NCBI RefSeq assembly: GCF_009834535.1
Contig: NC_045696.1
Location: 72,728,001 to 72,792,000 of the forward strand
Direction of reading: 5' to 3'
Source of the DNA: Camelus ferus
Lineage: Eukaryota
Length of the DNA: 64,000 nucleotides
Shown here: positions 11,721-24,995 of the stretch, piece by piece
Numbering within the stretch: the first letter of the stretch is position 1
How the letters are laid out: each line of letters opens with the position of its first letter
The notes under the pieces: model-generated
What the model was told of the DNA's origin: nothing
The model's input: only the letters and a program-made list of their open reading frames with translations
The model's database searches: none
Program-made: the position numbers and the translations under genes

Positions 11721-14009
11721 GTGGTGGAATCCATGCTTTCAACAATCAATATTGAAAAGAATCACAAGCACCGATTAAATCAAGCAAATCACCATGTTTA
11801 TTGATCACCTGCTGGGTGAAAGATCCCATACCAAGTGATGGAGAAACAACAATCAAAATCATGTTACAGTCTCTGAGCAGCAAGAACATAAATGCGTTAT
11901 TTTGTGTTTAATTTGAATTCAATCTGGCATATAACTTAATTTGAAACATAAGCTGAATTTATTCAGAGGGGTTCAGTTTTCTAAAAAGGGAAGGTGGTTT
12001 ATATACCAAAGTGTGTAATCAAGATCAGAGGATTTTGTTTAAAAAAAAAATCAATCACGTATGATTGTGCTCATCAAAATTATTCCTCGTTATCTCCGTT
12101 TAAGCCCTAATAAGTATGGCAACTTTGTCCTATTTCTGGAGTATTCTCAACACTGGAACAACTTCCAACTCTTTGTGCTCAGTGGATTGATATAGAGGAG
12201 GCTTACCCTCAGTAGCAGTTGCCACTTAATGACTGCAGTCCCAGCGATGCTAAAAGCACTTCTTCAGTTTCTCCCTCTGTTTTCTCTTCCTTTGAATCAA
12301 GCATGCTAATAGCATCTCCCTGAAAGGTGGTCACTTCACCCTGCTTGTCTGTCTTTTAGCTCCTGAACTTCCCATGTTTCATCTCAGTCTCTCTTGTAAT
12401 GCAATATGACTTTTGAATTTCACTGCAGTCCTTCCCAGGTCTCTGGGAGGAAGTGAAAAGTCTACCATTGACCATGGCAGTGGTGTCCGTAATTCCCATG
12501 ACCTTGAGGGTACTGGCTTAAGTTGGAGAGCCGGCACTGTAAACGTTTAAGCAGATCTGGGAGCCAGCCCTGACTCCCAAATCCATGGATAACTTTTCAC
12601 CGGATTTTCGTGGCTGACAGATCTTCTTTCCTCAACTCATAAACCTTCAGATATTTCCAGGAAGAATGTCTAGACCAAATCAGATTTCTGTGGCTTGCAT
12701 GAACTCAACCAAAATGAAATGGGATTCACCTCTTTTCTTTTCATTTCGCAGTTCTGGTCGTGTAATCTCCCTTGCTGTATTTGCCTTGCTTCTGCCACCA
12801 TTTTCTTCCCCGTCTTTCTTCTGATGATGGAACACATATAATGCAATCGAAAGGCAAATGGAAAGAAATTCTGGAGTATCTGCTGTTTTCCATCCTCCCT
12901 GCCTTCTGCCCCTCCATTGGTGTGGACCATCAATGGTCAGTTGTTTCTGTGTAGCGTGTATGTGTGATTGGCACTCCCTGCAATTACCCTTTCCGCAGCC
13001 TCTGCCCCCGAGCGGTGCGGCTTCTTGGGTTACTGATGGCCTCACAACAAACCTGACTTTGTTCTTTTAACCATCTTCTCTCAATGCCATCTCATTACAG
13101 TATATTGCCAGTGAAAGCAGCCTTGACAAATGTCTTTCCACTTGTAACCTGGTCTGAAAACTGCCTGTTGAATTTTTCTTGTTGCATGGGCTAAATGTTC
13201 CAAAGTAATTTTGTAGAGAAACATGAAAAGCACCAGTTAGGGGTGTCCTCTGTATTTTTAAGAACTTGTGTCAAGCACAGATCATTAGCCTTTTAAATGA
13301 TCGCCCTGCTCCCATAATGTGACAGGCGTAATTTCATTCTGTGTCCTTTAGTCGTGAGTATAAATTATGACAGACTACAAGACCCAGGCAGTCAGGGACA
13401 CAATGGGTGACTAAAAAGTAAAGGGCAGCGGGGACTCCACATGTTGAGTCTCTTGTGGGAATCTCTGGAAACCAAAGCTTTTTCTGGAAATTCTTATTAA
13501 AAAGTGGGAAAATGTCCTGGTTCTAGATGGGAAGCTGTCATTAAAAGGTTTTTCAGTGTAAAAATAATTACACTCCTGATAATTTCTAACAGTCTGAACA
13601 GTATCACTGAAGACAAGATGTAGCCCCATCTCCACATGGTCCCTGCCCAGCCCCTGGCTTATTCTCTCAAGAGTTAATAATGATGCAGAAACAGAGCAGA
13701 GCAGTGGAACTGGCATTTCCCAATTTAAAACTCATTCCTGCTCCCAATCCTTGCCAGCTGATGAGTACTTCTGCTAGATTCCTGAACTTTCCATCTGGTT
13801 GTGCTGTCACATTCCTGCCTCCCTGAAGGGAAATGCCTCCTCAACAAGAGAAAAGAATCAAAATAAAATAAAAATTAAAAAATTTTTAATTTTAAAAAGG
13901 AGAAAAGGAAAGGAGTTTAAAGAACAGGCTCCTTGTCCTAGACACCAACTACCGTATCCATTAATCCATCTGTTTGTCAGTATTTACTGAGCACTTTCCA
14001 AGGAGATGA

Positions 14010-14245
14010 AAGCGGCTAGAAGTGCTGACTTGGGTTCAGATAGCTTGGATTCAAACTTCAGCTCCACCATTTTGTTGTTCTTTGACCTTAGGTGACGAGG
14101 CTGAAACACATTATGTAGCCTCCTCAGGCCTCAGCTGCCCCATCTGTAAAATGGGGTTGTAGGTTAATTGGGATAGTCCATATCAAATGATTAAAACAAT
14201 GCTTGGGACTTAGTAAGCACTCATTAACTGTTAGGATTATTATTA
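14010..14245 (+). mobile_element. MIR SINE
   Basis: ttggattcaaacttcagctccacc...gcctcagctgccccatctgtaaaatgggg...tagtaagcactcattaactgtt. Confidence 0.8.
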
Positions 14246-14324
14246 CTATATAGGAAGTAAAATTCTAAAAATTACAATAACATATTTCTGCCTTAAAGAA
14301 ACCTTACATGTGCACCTACAGAAA

Positions 14325-14392
14325 TTGACACAACATTGTAAACTGTCATCAATAAAAGAATATATACACAAAAATAAATAAATACACATAAA
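14325..14392 (+). mobile_element. Very short lineage-type L1 3' end
   Basis: cagaaattgacacaacattgtaaactg...aataaaa followed by an A-rich tail. Confidence 0.7.
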
Positions 14393-15301
14393 TCTCCTGA
14401 AAGGGGCTGATGTGAAATGTGAAATGACCTACAATTTGAAAAAGGAATTGGCTAATATGATTGCTTTACAGACAGATACATAAACTACTGGGGCTTATGC
14501 TGACTAGACAGCCTACTTCATGGATGTACTACTGCTTACATAGATCCAGCCTCACTCTTTTCAAAAGATTAGAATCTGGCATTAGTTACTTCCGTTCATC
14601 TGAATCTTTTAGGATGCATGGATGAGTTCTTCAGATTTGAATTGTGAATGATAGCAAAGCAATGGTTCACACTTCAGTCTCTTCACCCCACATCCCTGCA
14701 ACATAAATACTTCTTATTTCACAGATGTGGAAATTAACACACAAAAAGCAACATGTTGGTTCAGACCAATATTACCACATCTGCTAAAAGTTATGTGTCC
14801 ATGTCTTGATTGTGAAAAACATATTTTTTGTGCCAGTACTTAAACACCCTCGGATGACCCCTCCGCTTAAAAATAAGTAAAATAAATAGAAATGCAGGTG
14901 AAAGGTGTCATTCTATTCTCACATTAATATGCCTGAGTGAAGTTCAGAGAGACGAGTAACTGGTTATACACTCAGCAACAGGGAAATTAACATTCAAACC
15001 AAGAGATTGAAAGAGCTGGTGTGAAGTCCTTGCTCTCTCCATGACATTAGGGACCCTTTTCTTTTTGCTGACTTCTGGTTTTCTGGGTAATATACCTGTG
15101 ATAGACGTGGCAACAGTAAAAACAAACAAACAAACAAACAAACAAAACAGTCAATATTAGCCAACCAAGCCTATGCACTTGACAAATAAGAGTTTAACAC
15201 TTCTACCAGAAGATTCAGTTGGACTGAAAGGAATTATTTGAGCCATGTTTTTGTTATACTTTCTTTCATAAAAAGACACATTTGTCCCAAGACATATTTC
15301 T

Positions 15302-15412
15302 TTAAAAAAAAATTTTATTGAAGTACAGTCAATTACAATGTGTCAATTTCTGGTGTACAACACAATGTCCCAGTCATGCATATGCATACATATATTCATT
15401 GTCATATTCTTT
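15302..15412 (-). mobile_element. Lineage-type (camelid-like) L1 3' end
   Basis: ttttattgaagtacagtcaattacaatgtgtcaatttctggtgtacaacac...tatattcattgtcatatt; flanked by atttctt(t)aa on both sides (possible TSD). Confidence 0.85.
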
Positions 15413-15669
15413 ATTTCTTAATACATAAATTCTAACATGCATTCCAAAGACTGTTCCCACAAACTCAACGGATTATATTGTACCTACAAATATTAAATGT
15501 TTATATTTTAGGTACTTTAAGAAATTTACCCACATTTAAAATGAACAGTTATCACAAATTCAAAAGGAAAGGGAAGGGTGAACAAGATCTTTGGTGAGGT
15601 GGGAAATAATACATCTTAGAGCTTATCACAGCAAGTACCTGCGAATTCCCACCAGAAGTCAGTCTGTGT

Positions 15670-15815
15670 AGCAGTTTAGAGCAGTCATTCTGGATCAGAC
15701 AGGAGCCATTTGAACGTAGAACATGGAAGCTGCTTGATCTTTCTGAACCTCAGCTCCCTCATCTATAAAATGGAATAGTAATATCCAGACGGTCGTGAGA
15801 GTTAAATAGATCACT
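15670..15815 (+). mobile_element. MIR SINE
   Basis: ctttctgaacctcagctccctcatctataaaatggaatagtaata. Confidence 0.7.
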
Positions 15816-17358
15816 GGCGGTCATTTGTTAAATCTTGTTTGCCTGTGATTCCTTCTACTTCACTGGTCTCCATTTTTTCAGAAGACTACCTTCAGAATGT
15901 ACTATTCCCCAAGCATCAAATGTGGTTTCCCAGAGAGAAAGGACAACCAAGATCATTTTTTCTCTCTCCTTCCTAATCCATCTTTGTCCAAGCTCTGCCT
16001 CAGTGGCCTGGCACACCTGTCTCACCTTTCAGTGCCCAGCAGTGTGCGGAACCATGTAGAACTTCGGATGATGATAGTCACAGGTTTGGCTTTCTGCCTT
16101 CCCCTCAGACTGTCAACATGCAGAAGCTGAACATTCATCTATTTATAATCAGGCCCCCTGACTCCTTGAGAAAAGGCGTGCTTGCCGGCCTCCTTCATGG
16201 TCTTGAGATGCTTCTCCAGATCATTCCAGTGGCTTGAATTCGGGGAAGCTGGGGTAGGGGTGCAGGAAATCTGAGGATAGTTATCGCTTCAACTTTGAAA
16301 TTGGCCACGGAGCAGAATGGTAGCAGAAATCAAAATCACAAACACTAATGAGGCTCCCTCGTTGGTGCCAGCTCTGTTCTTGTCACCACCCTCCACAGCC
16401 CCAGAAGAGAGTGAGGATTATAGGTTTGGTGGAATCCTTGGGGCACATTCAAAGAGTTTGAGGTTTTGTTTGAAAGTCTGTTTGCAGACTGTAAAAATGG
16501 ATTAAATTGCCTCTCCAACACAAAGAAATGCCAGGTCTCAGTGGAGGTAAGACACCAGAGACTTAAAGTGCTACTAGAAGCAAAATAATGAAAAGAGTCC
16601 AAATGCTGGACCAGCTTTGCAGCCAAGTCTGTATACCATACGTTTAAGAGTATCTACATTAATTGTGATGGAAGGAACCAAAGAAGTAATACATTTAATG
16701 GCATGTCTTTTCTTTTTGAAAGGAAATGGGTTACTTAAGGACCATGGTACATATTACATCCTTTTTTTAAAAAAGCACAACAGAAAGTTATTTCCTTTGT
16801 TCTATTTCCCATTGCTACTCCCTCCTATGAAGTTCAGATGCTTTACCTGTCTAACTTGTAGAAGTGATATGGGTGGGTCAAACTGCATTTACAAGATGCC
16901 ATTGGAATCCAAAGATTAAATAAAGAATAAAGATGAGACTTTTTAATCTCTTAAATTGCCATATTGCAAATCATTCTAATGATTTTTTTTATTACTTTTA
17001 TACATGTTGAAAGCACTGAATTATATATCTTGGGGGAAAATGGGGAAAAAACTATTCTTGATGGCTTATAGCAAGATCATGCTAATAAAAAAGAGCCATA
17101 TATTTGGGGAGATACTGATGGTTCTCTAAGCTTTAAAGCACTCACATCTTTCAACTGACAGCACCTACCAGAGACACTGGGAGAAAGATGAATTATGTGA
17201 GTGCTTTTTGCCCCTCAAATGGCCTAAATCATCATTAATCCCACACCAGTAGATTAGTAGCTCTTTCCAAGCCTGAAATTAATATTTTCAAAACTTAATA
17301 AGTTAATGTGTGTAAGGTACATTGCACATATATTTTGTTAGATATTTTGATCATTTTT

Positions 17359-17523
17359 AAATTTTTTTATTTATTATTTTATTTTGGGGGGAAGGTAATT
17401 GGTTTTTATTTATTTACTTATTTTTTTTTATTTACTTATTTTTAATGGAGGCACTGGGGACTGAACCCAGGACCTTGTGCTTGCAAGGCATGTGCTCTAC
17501 CACTGAGCTATACCCTTCCCCCC
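17359..17523 (-). mobile_element. tRNA-Ala-derived camelid SINE (Vic-1-type), full length with TSD
   Basis: Minus strand reads GGGGGAAGGGTATAGCTCAGTGGTAGAGCACATGCCTTGCAAGCACAAGGTCCTGGGTTCAGTCCCCAGTGCCTCCA (Pol III A and B boxes, TGC anticodon-like loop) plus an A-rich tail; perfect 17-bp TSD atattttgatcattttt at 17342-17358 and 17524-17540. Confidence 0.93.
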
Positions 17524-17589
17524 ATATTTTGATCATTTTTGCCTTTCTTTGCTTGTTCCTGTGTGTGTCTGCACCTGTGCCTACAAGTT

Positions 17590-17810
17590 TCCGGGTAGTC
17601 TTCTCTGCTTGCAAACACTGTGCTGGACATAAGGGGAAAGAGCATGGCACAGCTCCTGTCCCCAGGCGAGCACTGTCCCTAAAACTGCAGTGGCTTGTGC
17701 ATGGGCTATAGGAGTGGTATCAGCTATGGAGACAGCACAGGGCCTGAAAGATAAGAGAAACTTGAGGAGTGGGCACTTAAACTAAGCTCTGAAGAATGTT
17801 AGAAATTATT
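17590..17810 (-). mobile_element. L2 fragment
   Basis: gcaaacactgtgctggacat...acagctcctgtccccagg...cacttaaactaagctctgaagaatg. Confidence 0.55.
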
Positions 17811-17844
17811 CTGAGAATACTTTTCTTTTTATCATAAAATATAT

Positions 17845-18360
17845 CTTTTTTAAATTAATACAATTTTTTGGAGCAGTTTAGGATTTACATAAAATTAGAC
17901 AGATACTACAGAGTTCCCCTATAGCTCCTCCCTACCCCCATACAGTTTCCCCTATTCTTAACATCTTGCATTAATAAGGATCATTTGTTGTGACTGATGA
18001 ACCAATACAGATTTATTATTATTATTAACCAAAGTTTATAGTTTCCACGAGGGTTCTCTCTTTGTGTTGCATAGTTCTACAGGTTTTGACAAATGTGTAG
18101 TGTCATGTGTCCATCACTGTAATATCATACAGAATAGTTTCAATCCCTAAAAAATCTCCTGTGCTCCACTTATTCATACCTCCCTCCTGTTTTCCAAGCC
18201 CCTGGCAACCAGTGATCTTTTTCCTGATTCAATACTTTTGGCTTCTCCAGAATGTCCAATGGTTGGAACCATACAGCATGTAGCCTTTTCAGACCAGCTT
18301 CTTTCACTTAGTGATATGCATTTAATGTTCCTCCATGTCTTTTCATAACTTTATAGCCAT
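17845..18360 (-). mobile_element. L1MC1-like 3' UTR fragment
   Basis: ttggagcagtttaggatttac...cagtttcccctattcttaacatcttgcatt...ggttttgacaaatgtgtagtgtcatgtgtccatcactgtaatatcatacagaatagtttc...cctggcaaccagtgatcttttt. Confidence 0.85.
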
Positions 18361-19783
18361 GTTCATATTTTCACAAATAGAAACACAAGCACCATTTTTA
18401 ATGCCAGAGACAGATACTATGAACAATTCGGTGCATTTTTTTTTTCCAGTTTCTTTGATAGATAGACAGATAGAAAAATCAGACATGTACATATCAAGTG
18501 ATCATATTGTCTATACAAAAACCAATCAAAAATCCTTCATAATCTTACCATGAAATTGTACTGAGTTTGAATTTACTTATATGAGAGGCCATATAGAGCT
18601 GTAAAGTCAAATCATATTTAGTTATGTAGTCAATAAAACTGATTCTACTAAAAAGAACACAATTGCCTGACATCAAGCCTGCAGCCAAATTCTGGAATGT
18701 TTATTTACCACAGCCATGATACCGGTCCCTCCCATGGACCCTCACAGCTGTTCACAGAATTTGCAAACAGAAGATGAGAGAAGCTAGTTCACCGGGAAGG
18801 GGCAGAGAAGGACAGGTTTTGAAAGAGCTAGTGAGTCATCCACATGCGAATGTCCAGCCACAGCTGAAATGATTACTGGAACCCAGGGGAGAGGTTCAAG
18901 TTGTCTGCCTGTTTGGGAATTCCTCTGCACATCCCTAATTGTTAAAACTGTGAGAATTCTTAAAATTTCCTTAAAACCAAATTGAGGTTATGGCAGGCAG
19001 TTTCACTAAGAGAGAAATGACATTGCGAGCACCCCATTTATAACATCTTTTTTTGAATCGATACGTATATTTGGTTTTGGCTCATTATAAATTATTTGCT
19101 CTTTGACAAGATTGTTTTTGTGTTCTCCCACTAATATGTGTGTGCTGTGTATCTCCACGTGACTCCTTCTCTGCCTTTTTCTGTCTTCTGTTATATAAGA
19201 TCTTACTGCTGTCTTCAACATGATCACACTTCGAAAGTCAAAAAAAAAAAAAAAAAAACCAATGTATTTCAGGTGTTTGAGATGAAGGAGGTTGCGTGAG
19301 TTTAACCTTCCTTGGTATCCTTGTGAGCTTTCTGTATTTAATACTTGTTTTATCTGAAGCCTGTGGAGGTTCTAAACTATTAGAAGACACACTTTCTGAG
19401 AACTACCTTTCTAGTAGCCTGAAGATATATCATTGATGTTGGGCAACAAAGTTATTCTCTGTAATCCTCTTGATGTTGTAAATGAAAAAGAAGACAGAGC
19501 CAGCACCATCTGAACTTTGGGCAAACCATTTGCTCAAAAGGATCATCAAAGGACCAAGCCCTGCCAAAATAATATTTAAAAAAAAATATCCAGCAGAAAG
19601 GAAAACATTCAGGAGCACGCACAAAAATGAAATTGGTGCAAATTAACTCCATTGTGATTGGAGAGCAATACAAAACAAACTCCCACCGCAGCCCCGAAAG
19701 GAAAGCCACACAAGACAGACATTGAAGTTGTAGCTTCACAGTAGCCATCTTTTAACAGCTTGCTTTCTTCAATGCTTTAACCT

Positions 19784-19785
19784 AA

Positions 19786-19816
<31 letters not shown>

Positions 19817-19877
19817 GAAAGAAAAGAAGAAGAAGAAGAAAAGAAAGAAAAAGAAAAAAAAGGAAAGAAAGAGAAAA
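19784..19877. repeat. 94-nt pure purine tract: poly-A, then (GAAA)n/(GAA)n
   Basis: Direct reading; no pyrimidine between 19784 and 19877. Confidence 0.95.
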
Positions 19878-21589
19878 CCTACCCATTGTTATGCCCCTAT
19901 TCATCCTTCATTCAAAGTCATTCCTATGCATTAATTACCACTTTCTTCAATGCTCTGGGAGCGCCCAAACACGGCCTGTTTTCAAAGAGGCACACTTCCA
20001 TGTCTCTGCTATTTACATGCAGAGCCTGCTAAAATTTTCATCCCAATACTTTGAGATCCCCCTTCATTTTTGCATACTGTAATTGTTCATAAGAAAAAAA
20101 AAGACAAAAGAATGATTTCGTGCTTGCAGGACAGTTGTTTGCATCTCTTTCATTTTTCTTTCCAGCTGTGACAGGCAGCAGTAGGGTCTTTAGCAGGTGT
20201 CCTGCCTGCCCTATGGTAATTTTTAACTTTCCTTCACTTTCTTTTATGTCTGTCACATTTATAGAGATGGTTTTTTTTCTTTTTACCCCTGATGCCTCGT
20301 ACTGTTTTTTTCCACCTTTCTTATAGCAATCTAATATCTGGATTTTTTTTTCCTTACTATATCACTCTCCTTAGGAGTCATTTAGAAAGAAGGGAAAGGA
20401 CTGAGTCCAGAGTTCAAAATCTCATGTAGATGTTTTAACTCCATAGTAATTGCATCTCTGACACCCACTTCACTTTCATTCCTGTGCAGTCTCATCTCTG
20501 AAATTTGTGAAAACTACAAGGTGGGTTTGTAGGAAATTAATGTACAGTTGACAGAAAGAAAACTTGTTCCCAATATCACTGCTCAGTAGAATTTTTTTAA
20601 TTTTCTAATACTGGTTAAACACCAGAAGATGGATGCAATTCATTCTGCAGCTAAATTTTAATAATTAAAACTTAATTAGGAAACATGTTTGTGAGTCAAT
20701 CAGATATTCACATTCCAGCTTATTCAGGTTAAACAATAGATATTAATGTTACTTAAGGAGGCAAAAGGAAAAAGAATTAATGAAACTAGAGGATTGTATA
20801 CACTTACAAGAACCCAAAGAGTTCAGGCAAACTGTAAAAAATTACTGAACACCACATCCGGGCATAGAACGTGAGACTTAGGAGATTATTTCACCTTTTT
20901 TAAAAAAAATACTTGAGGACACAGAGGAAAGATTGTGACTTGTGCAAATTCACCCCAGTCATGAAAGATAGATTCTGGTCCTATGATACCAACTGCAAAA
21001 TATTTTCCATGACATTGTTGCCATTTAGAAAAGATTTGCAGCCTTTCTTGGGCACTCCAGCTGCACAGAGTGCACAGTGTGCCTCACCCATCCCTGGCAC
21101 TATCACGGGGCCATGAACTCCGGTGTCCTGAGGATATAGTCAAGTTTCCATATCGTGGCTTACAATGCCTGAAATACAGTAGATGCTTTAGAAATGATTG
21201 TTGTTATTATTACTAGTATTACCATTGGTATCAGGGTGGGTCCTCTTCTGGCACTGTTTTTGGTGAAGACCAGCATTTTCCTTTATGCATGTGGGCAGGT
21301 TCAATTCTGTAAATTGTTTGCAGCACATATATGTATTCAGATAACAGATCCCACGTAAGAAGACAATAGTATCTATTTCACCACCATAATCAGGATCTCT
21401 AATAGGTAGAACACATTGGAAAATAACAGTAACAGGAGCTCAGAGTTGCAAGGGGTCTCATAGATTACCTAGTTCGGCTGCCCTCCCATTGATTGAATTC
21501 CCCCTACACTTAACGCTAGATTTCTTACATCAAATTGTATCATGTGTCATAAAATAGACCGGACAACAATTCGAAAGGAAATGAATCCT

Positions 21590-21840
21590 GTTAACAATAG
21601 CCACAGTTTATGAAGTGTTTGTCAAGGTCTATATCACAGGTGCTTTGTATAATTATTTCTAAAGCTTACAAGCAACCTTGCAAGTTAAACATGCGTACGA
21701 ATTTCACTTCAGTATATGGCTAAACAGAGCCTCCGAAGGGATGTGTTGCCAAATGTGTAAGAGTCAGGAAGAGGCAGAGCTGAGAATTCAACCCAGGCCT
21801 GCACAGCAATAAAGTCCAAGTTCGTTCACCCCCATCACAT
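21590..21840 (-). mobile_element. MIR SINE
   Basis: ggtgctttgtataattatttctaaagcttacaagcaaccttg...ggaagaggcagagctgagaattcaacccagg. Confidence 0.7.
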
Positions 21841-22759
21841 CCAGCATCCAAATTCTTCAATCAGGAGACAATGGTTCCAAGATTCTGAAGAAATGTGCTT
21901 TATTCTTTTTCCTTTTCCTTTTTTTCCCCTATGAGTTATTTCTTGGATTCTATCGTATTCATCAAAGGACTTTCCCAATCTTTGAATTGATATACCAATC
22001 TTTCAACTTAAACCCTAGCCAGTTATTAACCCATTTCATGGATTCCAGCAATCTAAGCTTCAAACTAGAAATGAAATAAATTTCTTGACTTGATCCAGGT
22101 GAAATGTCACTTGATGTATGTAGCAGCCTTGAAGTAAGTAATTTTAGTTTAATCACATGAACATTTACGTGAGACCCCACACTAGGAGGTGTCTATGTTC
22201 AAGTCATGGCTCTGGAGGTCTCTGTGCAGCCTCAGCCAAATCCCAGCCTCTCTAAGTCGCACTTCCTTGCCAGTCAGATGGAGCCGTTAGTACCTCCCTC
22301 ATCTTTCCAACAGAGTGGGATCAGGGCTGGGTAAGAAAGTGTGATTGCACATGTAAACTTGGTTTTGTAAACTAAAATGCATGATACAAAATTTCATAAT
22401 TCATAATGATCCATATATTAAAACCTCTAATGGTTTAGGATGAATTTTTATGAAATATTTGAAAACTAAATTACCTTAGAGGAATAAGGAAATAAGAATT
22501 CCTTTGCTCTAAAGCGGCACCAAAATACCACCACCACCTTTTGGCTTCTTGAAAGAGACGTCTAAAGGCCACTTCTGTCTTATTTTTGTTGTTTGATTTT
22601 AAAGGCAACGTTTATTTTTTAAAATAAGGAGAAAAAAATCACCCAAATCAATTATGACTGAAATGTCATTTCATTCTTTGGTTTCTAGACATTTAAGATT
22701 TTTTCAAATTATGGGAAAGTAACGAATAAAGTAGAAAAGGCAATGCAAATGTTAGACTC

Positions 22760-22945
22760 ATAGACTCCCAGAGCTGGATAGAGACTTTCAGATAACCTGT
22801 TCTGCTCCCCAATTTGACTCACAGTAAAACCTAGACATCGAGAGAGAAAGTGATTGCCCAAATTCACCCAGCTCGTGAACTTGGAGTAGGAATACAGACG
22901 CGGCTCCTTCTAATTCAAAATCCAGGTCTCTTTGCTACACCACAG
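22760..22945 (-). mobile_element. MIR (MIR3/MIRc-like) SINE
   Basis: catagactcccagagctggatagagac...gagaaagtgattgcccaaattcacccagct. Confidence 0.7.
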
Positions 22946-23115
22946 GCCTTTGTTCTTACCACCAAGGACACCTGGAGGGCTTGCAGTTTACTTTGTTAAG
23001 GCTGTAAACTCCTAGTGAAAATGTTTGTCTTCAATTTCACACACCCTTCAGGATATCACAGCTGCCCCAGAAACCCCCAGGCAGCACAGGCCAGACTAGA
23101 GATGCACCAGTGCAA

Positions 23116-23119
23116 GTGC

Positions 23120-23188
<69 letters not shown>

Positions 23189-23196
23189 TGTGTGTG
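23116..23196. repeat. Compound (GT)n(GA)n(GT)n microsatellite
   Basis: Direct reading. Confidence 0.97.
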
Positions 23197-24594
23197 AATG
23201 ATGGGAGTGGGGGTGCAAGGCGATGGCCGGGAGAGGCAGTACCTGACAGATTTCTAAGATAAACTGAAAGCAAAAAGATTCCTCTATCCGCTGCTAAGAG
23301 CTTTCTCTAACAGCATCTCCTTTTATAGCTACAACTTCTTGTAAAAACAATAAAATGACTAATGCTAAAGATAAGAAACACAAATAGTGCCCCCATCAGT
23401 ACGAAGCTCCAAAACCCCTTCTGAGAGCACTGATTTCCACCGGGAATCACTTCTGCTTCTGATTGTTACTGCTGCCCAGCACGGGACACTGTCATCTACA
23501 CGACCACACAGAACACATCGCTTTCATCGTCCCTAAGCTTACTGTTTAAGAATGAGGACCTTATGGCTATTTGTAAAGTGTTGGAATTATAGAAAACAGA
23601 ACATAAAAAAAAAAAAAACAAAAAAAACCAAAAGACCTTTTCAGGAAACTTTTAAAGGAAGTCAGCAAGAGGACATTTGTAAAATATAAAAATTTTAATT
23701 AGGGGCCACAATAGGTAACCAACTAGGAAACACATGCCTCATAGCTCAAAACTAACGTTTCTCTTCATTTTTTAACATTAAAATTAAATAAGTTATAAGC
23801 TCCTTCCCAACGTTCATGTTTTTTACTTCAGCTTTTTTTTTCCACTTCCTGTTTTTTACTTGGGCATTTGTTGACCTTACATGAGAAGCCTGGTTTGCGT
23901 ACCATTGTTTTCTTTGAGCATAGCAAGTCCATGACATTACCTGGAACTCCTCTGTGACAGATACTTGCAGAGGCATTAATTGGTGATTATGATGGTCATT
24001 TTGGGTTACTAGACAGAGAAAGAGCCTTCTGTCAACTGTTGTTTACTTTCTAAAATGTTCTCCTATGTCCTCTTCAGAAGAGAATTTTTTACTCATCAGA
24101 GATTATTAAGCTCTTAAGGGAAGTATAACCAATCATTAATGTCAGTCTTCTGTAAAAATATTAGTTTCTAACATTGTGTCTTTCAGGTAACTCAGTAATG
24201 CTAAAGAAGGCAATTTTCCCCAGTGCACTTAAATTTACAAAGTGCTAATAAAATGCAATTTCATTATATTTTATGAAACCATAGAGCAAAAATGTTTCCC
24301 ACATAGACAATGGAATTCAGCCTGAAAACCCAGTAAATGGTACTCAGGGCATATTTAAATGTTAACCTTGTGGAAAAGCAACAGCCTCCCTCCTTAAATT
24401 CCTCTACCCTACACCCAGGTTTTCCACCCTTCCTGCCACTTCTTTTACCTTTCTCACAAATACTATATTAAAACCATTATCCGTAATTCTGAGAAGTAAG
24501 AATTTAGTAAAAAAAAAAAAAAAATGAAGAAAAAATGTTATAGTAAGTGTTGATACTTATTTCAATATAAAGAGCTCTCAGAAATGATGTAATA

Positions 24595-24712
24595 ATATTG
24601 GTAATGTTTTCATCCTTTAACTTGGATGGTTGGGTCACATGTTTCATAGATTTTATAACATATATATGTTACCTATGTCCCTCTGTATGTTTACATGAGT
24701 GAAAAAAATAAA
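24595..24712 (+). mobile_element. L1ME-type 3' end fragment
   Basis: tggtaatgttttcatcctttaacttggatggttgggtcacatg...aaaaaataaa. Confidence 0.5.
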
Positions 24713-24799
24713 GTGGCAACCTAAACAAAAACATTGTCTAAATGCTTTGTAATTGAAAGTGGACAAGTCTCAAACTATTAAGACATAGAGTGAGCTATG

Positions 24800-24995
24800 A
24801 TTAATATTACCATGTACTGAACACCTACTGTGTGTCCGACATAAGCCTAGGTGCTCCACGCACTCGGAGCCTGGCCAGCCTCCAAGGCTGATGTTAGGAG
24901 CTCCATTTTACAGATTCAAGGATGTTAAAGGGCCGGTTCAGAACCATAGCTAGTAAACGGTAGAGCTACATTTGAAACCCCAGTTTGCTTTCTTT
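24800..24995 (-). mobile_element. MIR SINE
   Basis: tactgaacacctactgtgtgtcc...ctccattttacagat...gctagtaaacggtagagct. Confidence 0.75.

Noticed and set aside
17447..17523. Functional tRNA-Ala(TGC) gene
   Set aside because: The stems are degenerate, there is no T-run terminator, and the A-rich tail and TSD show it is a SINE.
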